From IMG/VR virus record IMGVR_UViG_3300045988_060455, positions 1 to 44,307 of that record: DNA of 44,307 nt; one strand, given 5' to 3'. Positions 14,350 through 22,785 of the stretch are shown here, piece after piece. A program made the position numbers and the translations under genes. Each line of letters opens with the position of its first letter. Positions within the stretch are counted from its first letter, which is position 1. The stretch is from a virus. The notes below the pieces were generated by a model. That model did not search any database. It saw only the letters and a list, made by a program, of their open reading frames with translations, and had not been told where the DNA came from.

Positions 14350-14862
14350 GGCGTTGTCAGTTAAAAACGTTAACAAAACACAAAACCCAAGCGGGTCGCA
14401 CCTCCTAAGTTTTTTTACTATGTGTCTGCAACTACATAGTAACACACTTTGTAAACTTTTTCAACTGGTATTTGACACGGCGATAAGAAAAAATCTGCCT
14501 GCGGTTGTTTCACAGACAGACTTTTCACCGATTTGTCACCAGAACGCACTTGCACCCCGGCGGTAATGCAAACATGCGCGTTTGCACGTCTTTCGCGCCA
14601 TGCGCGGCGCAAAAGTAACGCCCGGGCTGCAAAAACAACTTGCAGGGCTATGGGTACGCCGCTTCCTTTGGCGGGTCGGCACCGCCTTGTAAGCCCTAGC
14701 GCTTCACGCACTTGCTCGTGTCTGGAACTGGCTGGCTCAAAAGTTGGGTCAATGAAATCACCTTCCTTTTGAATCAGTTTAACTAGGAGCCTTGAACAGT
14801 ATAGCAAATCGGTGCGCCGCTGTCAATTATGTTTCAACTTACGTTTTAAAGGAGGTGTGAAA

Positions 14863-15066
14863 GTGCCTGAAAAATGGACAGGCCGTTTAGTAGGCCGGAT
14901 GCACAACAATCAGATTACAGTAGACGACGTAGCAAAGCATCTTGGATTTTCGAGAAGCTACTGTTCACTGATTTTGAACAGCAAGCGCAACCCTCCCGGC
15001 ATTCGGGAAAAGATGGAAGCTGCCGTCAGCGAGATCATCAAGGAAAAGGAGGACAAAACGGCATGA
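14863..15066 (+). CDS. Cro-like small HTH protein
   Basis: GTG 14863 behind AAAGGAGG (14848-14855). ..ITVDDVAKHLGFSRSYCSLILNSKRNPP.. Confidence 0.65.
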   Translation: MPEKWTGRLVGRMHNNQITVDDVAKHLGFSRSYCSLILNSKRNPPGIREKMEAAVSEIIKEKEDKTA

Positions 15067-15863
15067 GCGAATTAAGCAATCTCATCCCCATTAGCTACGA
15101 CAACCCGGAGCGCCCCACGGTGAGCGGCCGGGAGCTGCACGAGTTTTTGCAGGTTGGCGCAGATTACCGGCATTGGTTCCCTCGTATGTGTGAGTACGGC
15201 TTTACCGAGGGCGAGGATTTCAACCCGGTCAAAATTGACCGAGTTCAAAATGAGGGCGGGCGCAAGGTCACGCGCACGGTGGACGACCACCAGCTCACCA
15301 TCCCGATGGCGAAGGAGCTGTGCATGATCCAGCGCAACGAGCGTGGCAAGCAGGCCCGGCAATATTTTCTGGCCATTGAAGCCCAGTGGAACAGCCCGGA
15401 GGCGGTCATGCGCCGGGCGGTGCTTATTGCCCAGAGGCAGAACGACCAGCTCAAGGCCGCAAACCGCCAGCTTCTGGCAGAGAACAGCGACCTGAAGCCG
15501 GATGCAGAGTATGCCCGGGCGGTGTGCGTGGGCAAGAACTGCCGGACGGCTACCAGCATTGCAAAGGATTACGGCATGAGCGGCGAGAAGCTGAACAGCA
15601 TTCTGCACGGGCTGAAAATCCAGTGGAAGAACAGCGACGGGCAGTGGGTGTTATACGCAAAGTATAGCGGAAAAGGTTACACCAAAAACCGCAAAGGCCG
15701 TCCGTTTGAGCACAACAGTGGCAATATCACCACGCCAAACACCACCGTTTGGACGGAAGCGGGCCAGCGGTTCATTTATGAGCAGCTCAAGGCCATTGGC
15801 CTGACGCCCAGCATCGACCACAAAGAGAATGTGGAACAGACCACGTTTGAAAGGGGTGCGTAA
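15063..15863 (+). CDS. Antirepressor (AntA/AntB N-domain plus KilA-C domain)
   Basis: ATGA overlap with the preceding stop. ..VSGRELHEFLQVGADYRHWFPRMCEYGFTEGEDF.. and ..TSIAKDYGMSGEKLNSILHGLKIQWK.. Confidence 0.8.
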   Translation: MSELSNLIPISYDNPERPTVSGRELHEFLQVGADYRHWFPRMCEYGFTEGEDFNPVKIDRVQNEGGRKVTRTVDDHQLTIPMAKELCMIQRNERGKQARQYFLAIEAQWNSPEAVMRRAVLIAQRQNDQLKAANRQLLAENSDLKPDAEYARAVCVGKNCRTATSIAKDYGMSGEKLNSILHGLKIQWKNSDGQWVLYAKYSGKGYTKNRKGRPFEHNSGNITTPNTTVWTEAGQRFIYEQLKAIGLTPSIDHKENVEQTTFERGA

Positions 15864-15864
15864 C

Positions 15865-16092
15865 ATGAAGCTGAACCGTCTCGTGTGCGCCTGCCACAAC
15901 GTGTTTATGTACGAAACGAAAATCAAGGTCGTGGACAGCCACGGCAAGGAGCTGCATTTCGGGCTCTTGAACGATTGCTTTATCAAAGATTTTGGTGGTC
16001 TGACCGTTCTGGATTTCGAGATCGATGAGATCAAGAAAAACGGCGTCGCAAAGACGCTGACCGCATGGACCGTAAAGGAGGAGCAAGCATGA
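15865..16092 (+). CDS. Hypothetical protein
   Basis: ATG 15865 lies 2 nt after the previous stop. 75 aa. Confidence 0.6.
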   Translation: MKLNRLVCACHNVFMYETKIKVVDSHGKELHFGLLNDCFIKDFGGLTVLDFEIDEIKKNGVAKTLTAWTVKEEQA

Positions 16093-16304
16093 AAACCACG
16101 ATGCGCGATAAGGTTTGCCAGCTGATTGGCAAGTATCAGTTCTTGGAAGAGGACTTCCGTTCAAAGTCGTTTTTCAAGACCGGGCCGTTTTGCGGCCCGT
16201 ATGGCCAGTCGGAGGAAGCTATAAAAGCGAAGATGTGCGGCCAGTTCTTGGACGATTTGAAAAAGCTGCTGGAAGAGGACGAGGTGAACGGCCATGACGC
16301 TTGA
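16089..16304 (+). CDS. Hypothetical protein
   Basis: ATGA overlap and a GGAGGAG RBS. 71 aa. Confidence 0.6.
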   Translation: MKTTMRDKVCQLIGKYQFLEEDFRSKSFFKTGPFCGPYGQSEEAIKAKMCGQFLDDLKKLLEEDEVNGHDA

Positions 16305-16581
16305 AGACCATATCAGGGCGCTGATCACCCAGTACCAGAAGCTCCAGCAACGCCATCAGTTCCACGCACAGAACGCCTATTACAAGTTCCAGAGCGATAT
16401 GTGGCAGGCTATGGCCGATGATTTTGGCATCATCGTGGAAGACCTGCAGCAGGCGCTCTATTGTGCAGATGATGTGAAGCCACCGGAACGGCCGGAGCCA
16501 AAGAATCCGGAAACCTGGCACAAGCTGAACACCGCCACCGCCAGAAAACTTGTTGGCAAGGAGGTGGCGCACCGTGGCTAA
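16294..16581 (+). CDS. Hypothetical protein
   Basis: 95 aa, overlapping start. Confidence 0.6.
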   Translation: MTLEDHIRALITQYQKLQQRHQFHAQNAYYKFQSDMWQAMADDFGIIVEDLQQALYCADDVKPPERPEPKNPETWHKLNTATARKLVGKEVAHRG

Positions 16582-16903
16582 GGCATTGATGATCGTTGCA
16601 ATCCTCGCTGTGCTGCTGGGCATTTCATGGGGCGTCACATGCGCCGCCGTGTGGGCCATTTGCACGCTGATGGGACGTTCACCTGGGCCACCGGAACGGC
16701 GGCGTGGATTGCGCTTTGTCTCATTGGCAGCTTTGGCAGCTCTAAGAAGTGAGGCGCTGACCATGCCTGCACGGCTGGCACACATCAAAGAAAAGAGGTC
16801 GAAGCATGATGAAGGTCATACAGGGCACTTTCCGGCAGATTCCGTACTGGAAGCTTCGGGGCCGGTTCCACAGCTGCGGCTACCGCGATCAGGAAGTCGC
16901 TAA
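16574..16903 (+). CDS. Small membrane protein; the 3' part of the annotated frame is doubtful
   Basis: GTG 16574 behind AAGGAGG (16558-16564). The TM helix MIVAILAVLLGISWGVTCAAVWAICTL is followed by junk-like sequence. The -1 frame continues ..TFTWATGTAAWIALCLIGSFGSSKK* and ends at 16752. Confidence 0.4.
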   Translation: MAKALMIVAILAVLLGISWGVTCAAVWAICTLMGRSPGPPERRRGLRFVSLAALAALRSEALTMPARLAHIKEKRSKHDEGHTGHFPADSVLEASGPVPQLRLPRSGSR

Positions 16904-17063
16904 GTATATCGGCATTGGCCGGGACACCATGAGCGGCAGGATGCAGGGGCACAACCCGTGGACAAGCACGGAGATCACTGCAATGTGTGAGCTGCTGGGT
17001 ATCCGGCAGAATGAAATCGGGGAGCTGTTCTTCCCTACTGTTGAGAAAGGAGAATCCGCATGA
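16806..17063 (+). CDS. DUF739-like phage HTH protein
   Basis: ..YWKLRGRFHSCGYRDQEVAKYIGIGRDTMSGRMQGHNPWTSTEITAMCELLGIRQNEIGELFFP matches the DUF739 pattern as I recall it. Confidence 0.6.
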   Translation: MMKVIQGTFRQIPYWKLRGRFHSCGYRDQEVAKYIGIGRDTMSGRMQGHNPWTSTEITAMCELLGIRQNEIGELFFPTVEKGESA

Positions 17064-17284
17064 ACGCAAAACTTTACATCGACAGCGAAGCATCTACCAT
17101 CCGAGGCGAAGGCAACTTCACGGAATTGCTTGACTTGCTGGCCTCTGCAACCGCTCAGATTCTGAACGCATATTTCCCCACTAGGGACAACATGCGCCTG
17201 GCATGTGTCGCAGCGCTTACCTACAAGACAATTGATGTCCTTGCTTATACGGAACTTGAAAAGGAGGACACCGATGAAGATTAA
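17060..17284 (+). CDS. Hypothetical protein
   Basis: ATGA-type overlap. 74 aa. Confidence 0.55.
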   Translation: MNAKLYIDSEASTIRGEGNFTELLDLLASATAQILNAYFPTRDNMRLACVAALTYKTIDVLAYTELEKEDTDED

Positions 17285-17534
17285 ATCTGGAGTTTGGTAT
17301 TGGCTGGCAATGGGGAGCTTTGCGACGGGCCTGCTGTACAGCATGGGCCTTGAGGGCACCTGTCAGACCGGCGGCACCGTCTCGGACGGCGCGTTTATTA
17401 CGGCTATAGTGCTGATCCTGCTTGCAATCTTCTTCATGCGGCTGGGCTTTGCAGCCGAAGCACGCGAGAAGCGCTGCCTCAAGATTCACAAGCCGCAGGC
17501 CAATACCGTGAAGAGCGGCAGGAAGGTTGGCTGA
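17274..17534 (+). CDS. Small two-TM membrane protein
   Basis: ATG 17274 behind AAGGAGG. TM helices WYWLAMGSFATGLLYSMGL and AFITAIVLILLAIFFMRLGF. Confidence 0.6.
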   Translation: MKIKSGVWYWLAMGSFATGLLYSMGLEGTCQTGGTVSDGAFITAIVLILLAIFFMRLGFAAEAREKRCLKIHKPQANTVKSGRKVG

Positions 17535-17536
17535 GC

Positions 17537-17872
17537 ATGGCTTCCAGTAACAATATGATCTACACCCGCGTCTGTGTTGACTGCGGAAAGGTGATGCACA
17601 ATGTGGGCCGCCGCGCTGAGCGGTGTCCCGAATGCAAAGCCGTACATTCAAGGGTTAAATCCCTTGAAGCTCACTACCGGGAACGGACGGAACAGCTTCT
17701 TCGTCAGCAGGAAGAGCGGGCCAATGCAATCCATCAGGGTCTTGTGGACGACAACGAGCGCTTTACTGCAAGCGCAGGCACCTATGGTAAAGGCCGCATC
17801 AAAGAGATTATGACCGCACAAAAGAAAAAGCAGCCCGCTGGTGTTGGCGCACCGACAGGCTGCAAGGGTTGA
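17537..17872 (+). CDS. Zinc-ribbon protein
   Basis: CVDCG..17 residues..CPEC, followed by a basic helical tail. Confidence 0.6.
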   Translation: MASSNNMIYTRVCVDCGKVMHNVGRRAERCPECKAVHSRVKSLEAHYRERTEQLLRQQEERANAIHQGLVDDNERFTASAGTYGKGRIKEIMTAQKKKQPAGVGAPTGCKG

Positions 17873-17928
17873 TGGAATTTGAAAGCCCCATCACCCCGAT
17901 GATATCACAAAATCGGAGGTTTTTACAG

Positions 17929-18240
17929 ATGGAAAAAAATTATGTTGAGATTCAGGGCCGCTTTTCGAGCGACGGCAAGTTTATGGACGGCAAGTACGTC
18001 CCCGGCATCGTTGACGAGCTGCTTGACAGCGTTTCGGGTGCATTCAAGGACCCTACCGGTCTGCACCGCCTGCGCGTCACGGTCGAGGTTGAAGATCTGG
18101 GCGCGGATGTCAAGTTCGGAAAGCCTGCAAGCGAAACGCAGCACTCCCCTGCTCCGCAGCATTTGACCGCTGGAAAGCTGATTCCCGCACCGGACGTCTC
18201 CCCTGCCGCTATTGACCCGGCACCGGAGGTGGTAGCGTGA
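17929..18240 (+). CDS. Hypothetical protein
   Basis: The track ORF starts at 17869. ATG 17929 behind GGAGG (17915-17919) is preferred. Confidence 0.55.
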   Translation: MEKNYVEIQGRFSSDGKFMDGKYVPGIVDELLDSVSGAFKDPTGLHRLRVTVEVEDLGADVKFGKPASETQHSPAPQHLTAGKLIPAPDVSPAAIDPAPEVVA

Positions 18241-18245
18241 ACCCG

Positions 18246-18356
18246 ATGTATGATCTCTCCCTTGACGGCTACTGCCCGGCGCTTGAGCCGCCGGACGACT
18301 ACTATTTCCTGCCGCGAGGGGCAGAACAGACCGAAGATCAGGAGGATGAAGAGTAA
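18246..18356 (+). CDS. Small acidic ORF (36 aa)
   Basis: Fills the gap between neighbouring genes. Its stop overlaps the next start (TAATG). MYDLSLDGYCPALEPPDDYYFLPRGAEQTEDQEDEE. Confidence 0.3.
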   Translation: MYDLSLDGYCPALEPPDDYYFLPRGAEQTEDQEDEE

Positions 18357-19006
18357 TGGCTATTTTGGTTATGATCTACGGGCAATCTGGTTCCGGCAAG
18401 TCCACCAGCCTGCGCAATTTTAAGCCAGAACAGGTGAGCGTGGTCAACGTGCTGGGCAAGCCGTTCCCGTTTCGTTTTAACGGTCTCAAGGGTGCCGTTT
18501 CGGATGATTACGGCGCGATCGCAAACCTGCTGTGCAAGACCCCAAAGCAGAGCGTCGTGATTGATGATGCAACCTACCTTATGTCCAATGAGTTTGTTAG
18601 GACGGCAAAGCAGATTGGCTACCAGAAGTTCACCGACATGGCGGCAAACTTCAAGGGCCTTCTCGATCTTGCAAAGAGTCTTCCCAGCAACAAGATCATC
18701 TACATTATGGGCCACATGGAGAGGGACAACGACGGCAACGAGAAGTTCAAGACAATTGGCAAGATGCTGGACGAGAAGATTTGTGTCGAAGGGCTTTTTA
18801 CCATCGTCCTGAAAACGGTAGTGCAGGACGGCAAGTATTATTTTAGCACCCAGAACACCGGCAGCGATGTGAGCAAATCTCCCATTGGGATGTTTGATGC
18901 TCAGCTGATTGACAACGACCTTGCAATGGTTGATAAGACCATTCGCGAATATTACGGCCTGCCTGCAAACGATGCAGCACCCGCCAAGAACAACGAAAAG
19001 GAGTAA
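18356..19006 (+). CDS. P-loop ATPase, Sak4/AAA_24-like recombination protein
   Basis: Walker A motif IYGQSGSGKS and Walker B-like VVIDDATY. It is followed by a DUF669-type SSB, a common pairing. Confidence 0.6.
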   Translation: MAILVMIYGQSGSGKSTSLRNFKPEQVSVVNVLGKPFPFRFNGLKGAVSDDYGAIANLLCKTPKQSVVIDDATYLMSNEFVRTAKQIGYQKFTDMAANFKGLLDLAKSLPSNKIIYIMGHMERDNDGNEKFKTIGKMLDEKICVEGLFTIVLKTVVQDGKYYFSTQNTGSDVSKSPIGMFDAQLIDNDLAMVDKTIREYYGLPANDAAPAKNNEKE

Positions 19007-19012
19007 AAAATC

Positions 19013-19564
19013 ATGAAGAATATCAATTGGAGCGAAGTTCAGGAAGCAACTGATTTCAAGACCCTGCCCGTAGGCGCTTATGTTGCCGGTATCGTAGCCG
19101 CACAGGACGTGCCTGAGAAGGAATACCTCAACATCTACTGGGATATTGCGGAGGGCGAGTTCCGAGGCTATTTCCATGGAATGACAAAGGCTATTCAGGA
19201 ACGTGGCAAGCTGGAATCCGGCCAGTGGGCATGGGGCGGCACCACCAAGAAGTCCTACAAGGAGACCGCTCTGCCGTTCTTCAAGGCATTCCTGACCAGC
19301 GTGGAGCAGTCCAACCCGGGCTACAAGTTCAACAACGATGAAAGGACCCTGCGCGGCAAGCTGGTGGGCATCATCCTCGGGGAGGAAGAGTATCAGGCCA
19401 ATGATGGCAGCATCAAAACCAAATTGGTGGTCAGCAAGTTCACCAGCATTGACAAAATCCGGGATGGCGATTTTGAAATTCCGCCCAAGAAGATGCTGAA
19501 CAGCTCTGCAATTCCGGCGGCATATACTGCGCCCATCAACGACAATGAAGACCTGCTTTTCTGA
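19013..19564 (+). CDS. DUF669-like single-strand DNA-binding protein
   Basis: 183 aa with an acidic C-terminal tail (..INDNEDLLF) typical of SSB partner-binding tips. Confidence 0.55.
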   Translation: MKNINWSEVQEATDFKTLPVGAYVAGIVAAQDVPEKEYLNIYWDIAEGEFRGYFHGMTKAIQERGKLESGQWAWGGTTKKSYKETALPFFKAFLTSVEQSNPGYKFNNDERTLRGKLVGIILGEEEYQANDGSIKTKLVVSKFTSIDKIRDGDFEIPPKKMLNSSAIPAAYTAPINDNEDLLF

Positions 19565-19588
19565 GCGGCAGTAGAAGGAGAGAGAAAA

Positions 19589-20242
19589 ATGCCAGCAACA
19601 AGAAATATTATGCCAGAAGAGGTGCGCAATGCAAAGCTTCTTCTCAGTAAGGGCCTGTCAGATGCAGAGGTCGCAGCTATTATCGGTCGTTCCGTGACAG
19701 CAGTTATCCGTATCAGAAACGGTACATACGACTTCATGCTTGCGGATGTACCGAATGATACCCAGGATGATAGCCGGGTGTGTATCCTGCTGAAATCTAT
19801 CGACAGCCGCCTGTACCAGCAGAACGAGGACATGAAGAAGGCCATTGACCAGCTGGTGGGCCTGAACAGTGCCCTTGTTGAGCTTCAGAACGAGATCAAG
19901 GTGTGCAGCTCCTGCATGACGGCAATGCTGGATGCCCTGAACGACCTCAAGAGCCAGAACAGTCCGCAGGCTGAACCGGAAGCCCCTGCGAACAAGTATC
20001 CGGGCAAGGATTTTGCGAACTGGGGAGAGGTTATTCGCCGTGTTGAGGTCTACGGTGACAAGTTTATTGCGGACAACCTGCGCGGAAACAAGGCCAGTCT
20101 GGACGGCGTTACGCTGTATCTGGCCTGCCACCCCAGCACGAAGAAGTTCCTCAAAAGCAGCGCTGTTGCAATCCCCAGCATTAAACAGCAGTGCCGGAAC
20201 GTTCTCGGCTACGGCGTCGAGGTTAAGATCATTGATCTGTAA
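19589..20242 (+). CDS. HTH-containing replication-module protein
   Basis: N-terminal ..LLSKGLSDAEVAAIIGRSVTAVIRIRNG. The C-terminal domain is unknown. Confidence 0.55.
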   Translation: MPATRNIMPEEVRNAKLLLSKGLSDAEVAAIIGRSVTAVIRIRNGTYDFMLADVPNDTQDDSRVCILLKSIDSRLYQQNEDMKKAIDQLVGLNSALVELQNEIKVCSSCMTAMLDALNDLKSQNSPQAEPEAPANKYPGKDFANWGEVIRRVEVYGDKFIADNLRGNKASLDGVTLYLACHPSTKKFLKSSAVAIPSIKQQCRNVLGYGVEVKIIDL

Positions 20243-20250
20243 AAACCCAA

Positions 20251-20288
20251 GAAAACCCATCGGTTTTTTTAAAAACCATTGGGTTTTC
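20251..20288. repeat. Inverted-repeat pair related to the iterons (putative ori element)
   Basis: gaaaacccatcggttttt and aaaaaccattgggttttc, each a palindrome around AAACC-n-GGTTT. Confidence 0.6.
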
Positions 20289-20313
20289 AAAAGCGGGAAG
20301 GAGGTGGTTTGTA

Positions 20314-21015
20314 GTGGACAACATCGAAATGGCTCGCCCGAAAGGCTTGTTGATACCCTTTGACAAGTTCGTAATCTTGGACATCCTTCCACCTGATAAG
20401 TATAAGTATGTAATCTCAACGCTTATGCGGAAGTATGTAGAGCACGGCGACGAACCCGAGGAGCTTGAAGACCTTGAGAAGATGGCATTTGAGTCTTTAA
20501 GAAGTTCAATGGATACAAACATTGAAACGTACAGACGTTCTATTTTGGCAAACAGGAAAAACGGACGAAAAGGCGGCAGGCCCAGAAAAGCCACTGAAAC
20601 CGACGGGATTGCAGAAGAACCCACAGAAACCCATGGGTTTTCCGAGAAACCCACCAAAACCGATGGGGGGTTAAAGTACAAAGTACAAAGTACAACAGAT
20701 ACTAAAGTATCTGATAGTAGTAGCGCTGAAGCGCTGCCCCCTACAACCAAGAACAGGTTTTCACCGCCGGATGTTGAAACGGTGAAAAGTTACTTTGCGG
20801 AGAAGGGCGGAACGGAAGGGCAGGCTATTCGGTTCTATGCCTATTACGAATCCAACGGCTGGAAGGTGGGCCGGAATCCTATGAAGAACTGGAAGGCAGC
20901 AGCATCCGGGTGGATATCCCGTGACAGTGAGCAGCAACCAAACAAGCCTGCACCGGGCAATACATCCAGATCTGCAGCGGATGTCTATGCAGACATCTTC
21001 AAGGGGGTGATTTGA
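20314..21015 (+). CDS. Replisome organizer / DnaD-like initiator
   Basis: GTG 20314 behind GGAAGGAGG. The N-terminal domain is followed by a central repeat (E/K)PT(E/K)T(D/H)G. The C-terminal ..YFAEKGGTEGQAIRFYAYYESNGWKVGRNPMKNWKAAASGWISR is a DnaD-like motif. Confidence 0.6.
   Translation: MDNIEMARPKGLLIPFDKFVILDILPPDKYKYVISTLMRKYVEHGDEPEELEDLEKMAFESLRSSMDTNIETYRRSILANRKNGRKGGRPRKATETDGIAEEPTETHGFSEKPTKTDGGLKYKVQSTTDTKVSDSSSAEALPPTTKNRFSPPDVETVKSYFAEKGGTEGQAIRFYAYYESNGWKVGRNPMKNWKAAASGWISRDSEQQPNKPAPGNTSRSAADVYADIFKGVI
20595..20694 (+). repeat. Iterons inside the initiator gene plus a 3x AAGTACA tandem
   Basis: The units are tgaaaccgacggg, gaagaacccaca, gaaacccatgggttttc, gagaaacccacc and aaaaccgatgggg, followed by aagtacaaagtacaaagtaca. 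Confidence 0.6.
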
Positions 21016-21336
21016 TTGACGATGGAGAAGATCATCGAACTGCTGGCCGTGGCAGATGGCTATTTCAGCAAGCCCCAAACAGACGAGAGCCGGAAGGCGA
21101 TTTCCAAGGTCTGGGCAAAGTCAGACCTTCGGACGGCCCCGGATGATATCGCAGAACAGGCGTTTTACGATGTCATACAGCACTGCAAGTGGCAGGAAAA
21201 GCTGCTTCCTGAATGGCTGGAGCGGATTCAGAAGATTCAGGGAGAGCGGCTCATGACAGAGCGTTGCCTGCATTCACACCGTAAGTTGCAGAAGATGCTG
21301 AAAGCCCGCGCAGAGCGGAAGCTTTTGAAAGAATAG
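21016..21336 (+). CDS. Hypothetical protein
   Basis: Starts at TTG 21016 or ATG 21022. 106 aa. Confidence 0.55.
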   Translation: MTMEKIIELLAVADGYFSKPQTDESRKAISKVWAKSDLRTAPDDIAEQAFYDVIQHCKWQEKLLPEWLERIQKIQGERLMTERCLHSHRKLQKMLKARAERKLLKE

Positions 21337-21346
21337 CCCGCATATG

Positions 21347-21456
21347 GCGTTCAGAGCGTCCTGCGCGGCTCCCTGAACGCGGTTTTAGGGCAAACCGGCA
21401 AGTTATACTACAAAGCGCAAAACGCCGTTCAGGGCCATTTCTCGCGTTCTGAACGC
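21347..21456. repeat. Two hairpins built from GCGTTCAG / CTGAACGC arms
   Basis: gcgttcag (21347-21354) pairs with ctgaacgc (21373-21380). ccgttcag (21425-21432) pairs with ctgaacg (21449-21455). The palindrome gcgttctgaacgc is at 21444-21456. Confidence 0.55.
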
Positions 21457-21474
21457 ATGGAGGTAAAAAGTACT

Positions 21475-21939
21475 ATGAACCTGTATGAGATCAACTCGCA
21501 GATTTTGGACTGCATCGATCAGGAGACCGGCGAAGTTATGGACATCGACCGGCTGGAAGAGCTGAACATGGCAAAGGCCGAGAAGGTGGACAACATCGCC
21601 TGTTGGGTAAAGAACCTCGAAGCTGATGTTGTGGCCTTTGAAGCACAGGAAAAGGCTTTTGCTGACCGCAAGGCAGCCGCAAAGCGCAAGATCGACAGTC
21701 TCAAGCACTATCTGACCGATGCTCTGGGCGGGCAGAACTTCAGCAGCGACCGGTGCGCGGTGAGCTTTCGCCGCAGCAAGGCGGTCAGCGTGCTGGATGA
21801 AGCCGCTGTCCCTGCCGAGTACATGACCGAGAAGACCACCCGCACACCCAACAAGACGGCCATTGCGGCCCTGCTCAAGACCGGCACGGCAGTGCCCGGC
21901 TGTGAGCTGGTGGAACGTGTAAACCCGTCTGTGAAGTGA
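21475..21939 (+). CDS. Siphovirus Gp157-family protein
   Basis: MNLYEINSQILDCIDQETGEV..AKAEKVDNIACWVKNLEADVVAFEAQEKAFADRKAAAKRKIDSLKHYL follows the typical Gp157 pattern. Confidence 0.65.
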   Translation: MNLYEINSQILDCIDQETGEVMDIDRLEELNMAKAEKVDNIACWVKNLEADVVAFEAQEKAFADRKAAAKRKIDSLKHYLTDALGGQNFSSDRCAVSFRRSKAVSVLDEAAVPAEYMTEKTTRTPNKTAIAALLKTGTAVPGCELVERVNPSVK

Positions 21940-21953
21940 GGGAGGATGGGACG

Positions 21954-22424
21954 ATGGATGAAGTTAGACTGATTGACGCGAACGCTTTGCACAAGCGCAT
22001 CGAAATGAACCTTCGTGCAAGCAATCCGTTCACTATTGAAGAATGCTGCTATAAGGATGCCCTGAACAGCGTGGACGACGCTCCCACCATTGACCCGGAA
22101 ACACTGCAGCCGACATGGCGAAACCCTGAAACGGACCCGCCCAAGGTCGAAACCGAAGTGCTGATTTTGTACCGCAACAATATTGACGGATACAGTATTA
22201 CGACAGCGCACTATGAAGACGGGAGCGTTTTTTCACAAGATAGCGTATGGTATTGGGAATATCTTTCCGATTGGGGGACATACGACGAGGAGCGGGACGA
22301 CTACAAAATCCCGAAAGGCTGGTGGGAATACCGCCATTTCAACCAGGACGACGTTTACAACAACAAGATAGACCGCCCCGTGGTAGGCTGGATGCCGCTG
22401 CCGCCGGAGGAGATTACAAAATGA
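21954..22424 (+). CDS. DUF551-domain protein
   Basis: ATG 21954 behind GGGAGGA. The C-terminus ..RPVVGWMPLPPEE is the DUF551 hallmark. Confidence 0.65.
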   Translation: MDEVRLIDANALHKRIEMNLRASNPFTIEECCYKDALNSVDDAPTIDPETLQPTWRNPETDPPKVETEVLILYRNNIDGYSITTAHYEDGSVFSQDSVWYWEYLSDWGTYDEERDDYKIPKGWWEYRHFNQDDVYNNKIDRPVVGWMPLPPEEITK

Positions 22425-22705
22425 GCGAAAAACGTATGGTCTACGCGGAGGACGTGATCCAGAGAATCCGCGACCTAGCCCCGGAAATCCTGGGCGGCTG
22501 GTATAACCCAGACATGGAGAACGAGTTGGAACAGCTTGTTTGCATTGTTGAAAGCACTCCGACGGCAGCAGATACGGATGTCCAGCGCTGGCGCAAAACG
22601 GCAGAATGTCCGCCGACAGAGGCTGATGCAAACGATTATGGAATGGTGCTGGCCGTTGCAGCCGGATATATTGGAACTCGGTATCATAAAAGTGTGGAAA
22701 CATGA
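22421..22705 (+). CDS. DUF551-like paralog terminated by an in-frame TGA
   Basis: 94 aa up to TGA 22703. The same frame continues PFDTVALLPREFPIWMPLPKLPEEKRS* to 22789, which contains the DUF551 C-terminal motif. Confidence 0.6.
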   Translation: MSEKRMVYAEDVIQRIRDLAPEILGGWYNPDMENELEQLVCIVESTPTAADTDVQRWRKTAECPPTEADANDYGMVLAVAAGYIGTRYHKSVET

Positions 22706-22785
22706 CCTTTTGATACTGTTGCACTACTTCCGAGAGAATTCCCCATTTGGATGCCGCTGCCTAAACTTCCGGAGGAAAAACGCTC

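Noticed and set aside
14282-14807. ORFs in the 600-nt switch region: 14282-14566(+), 14533-14772(+) and 14418-14807(-).
   Set aside because: They have no RBS and junk-like sequences rich in Arg, Ala and Cys. They are mutually overlapping on both strands, which fits non-coding structured DNA better.
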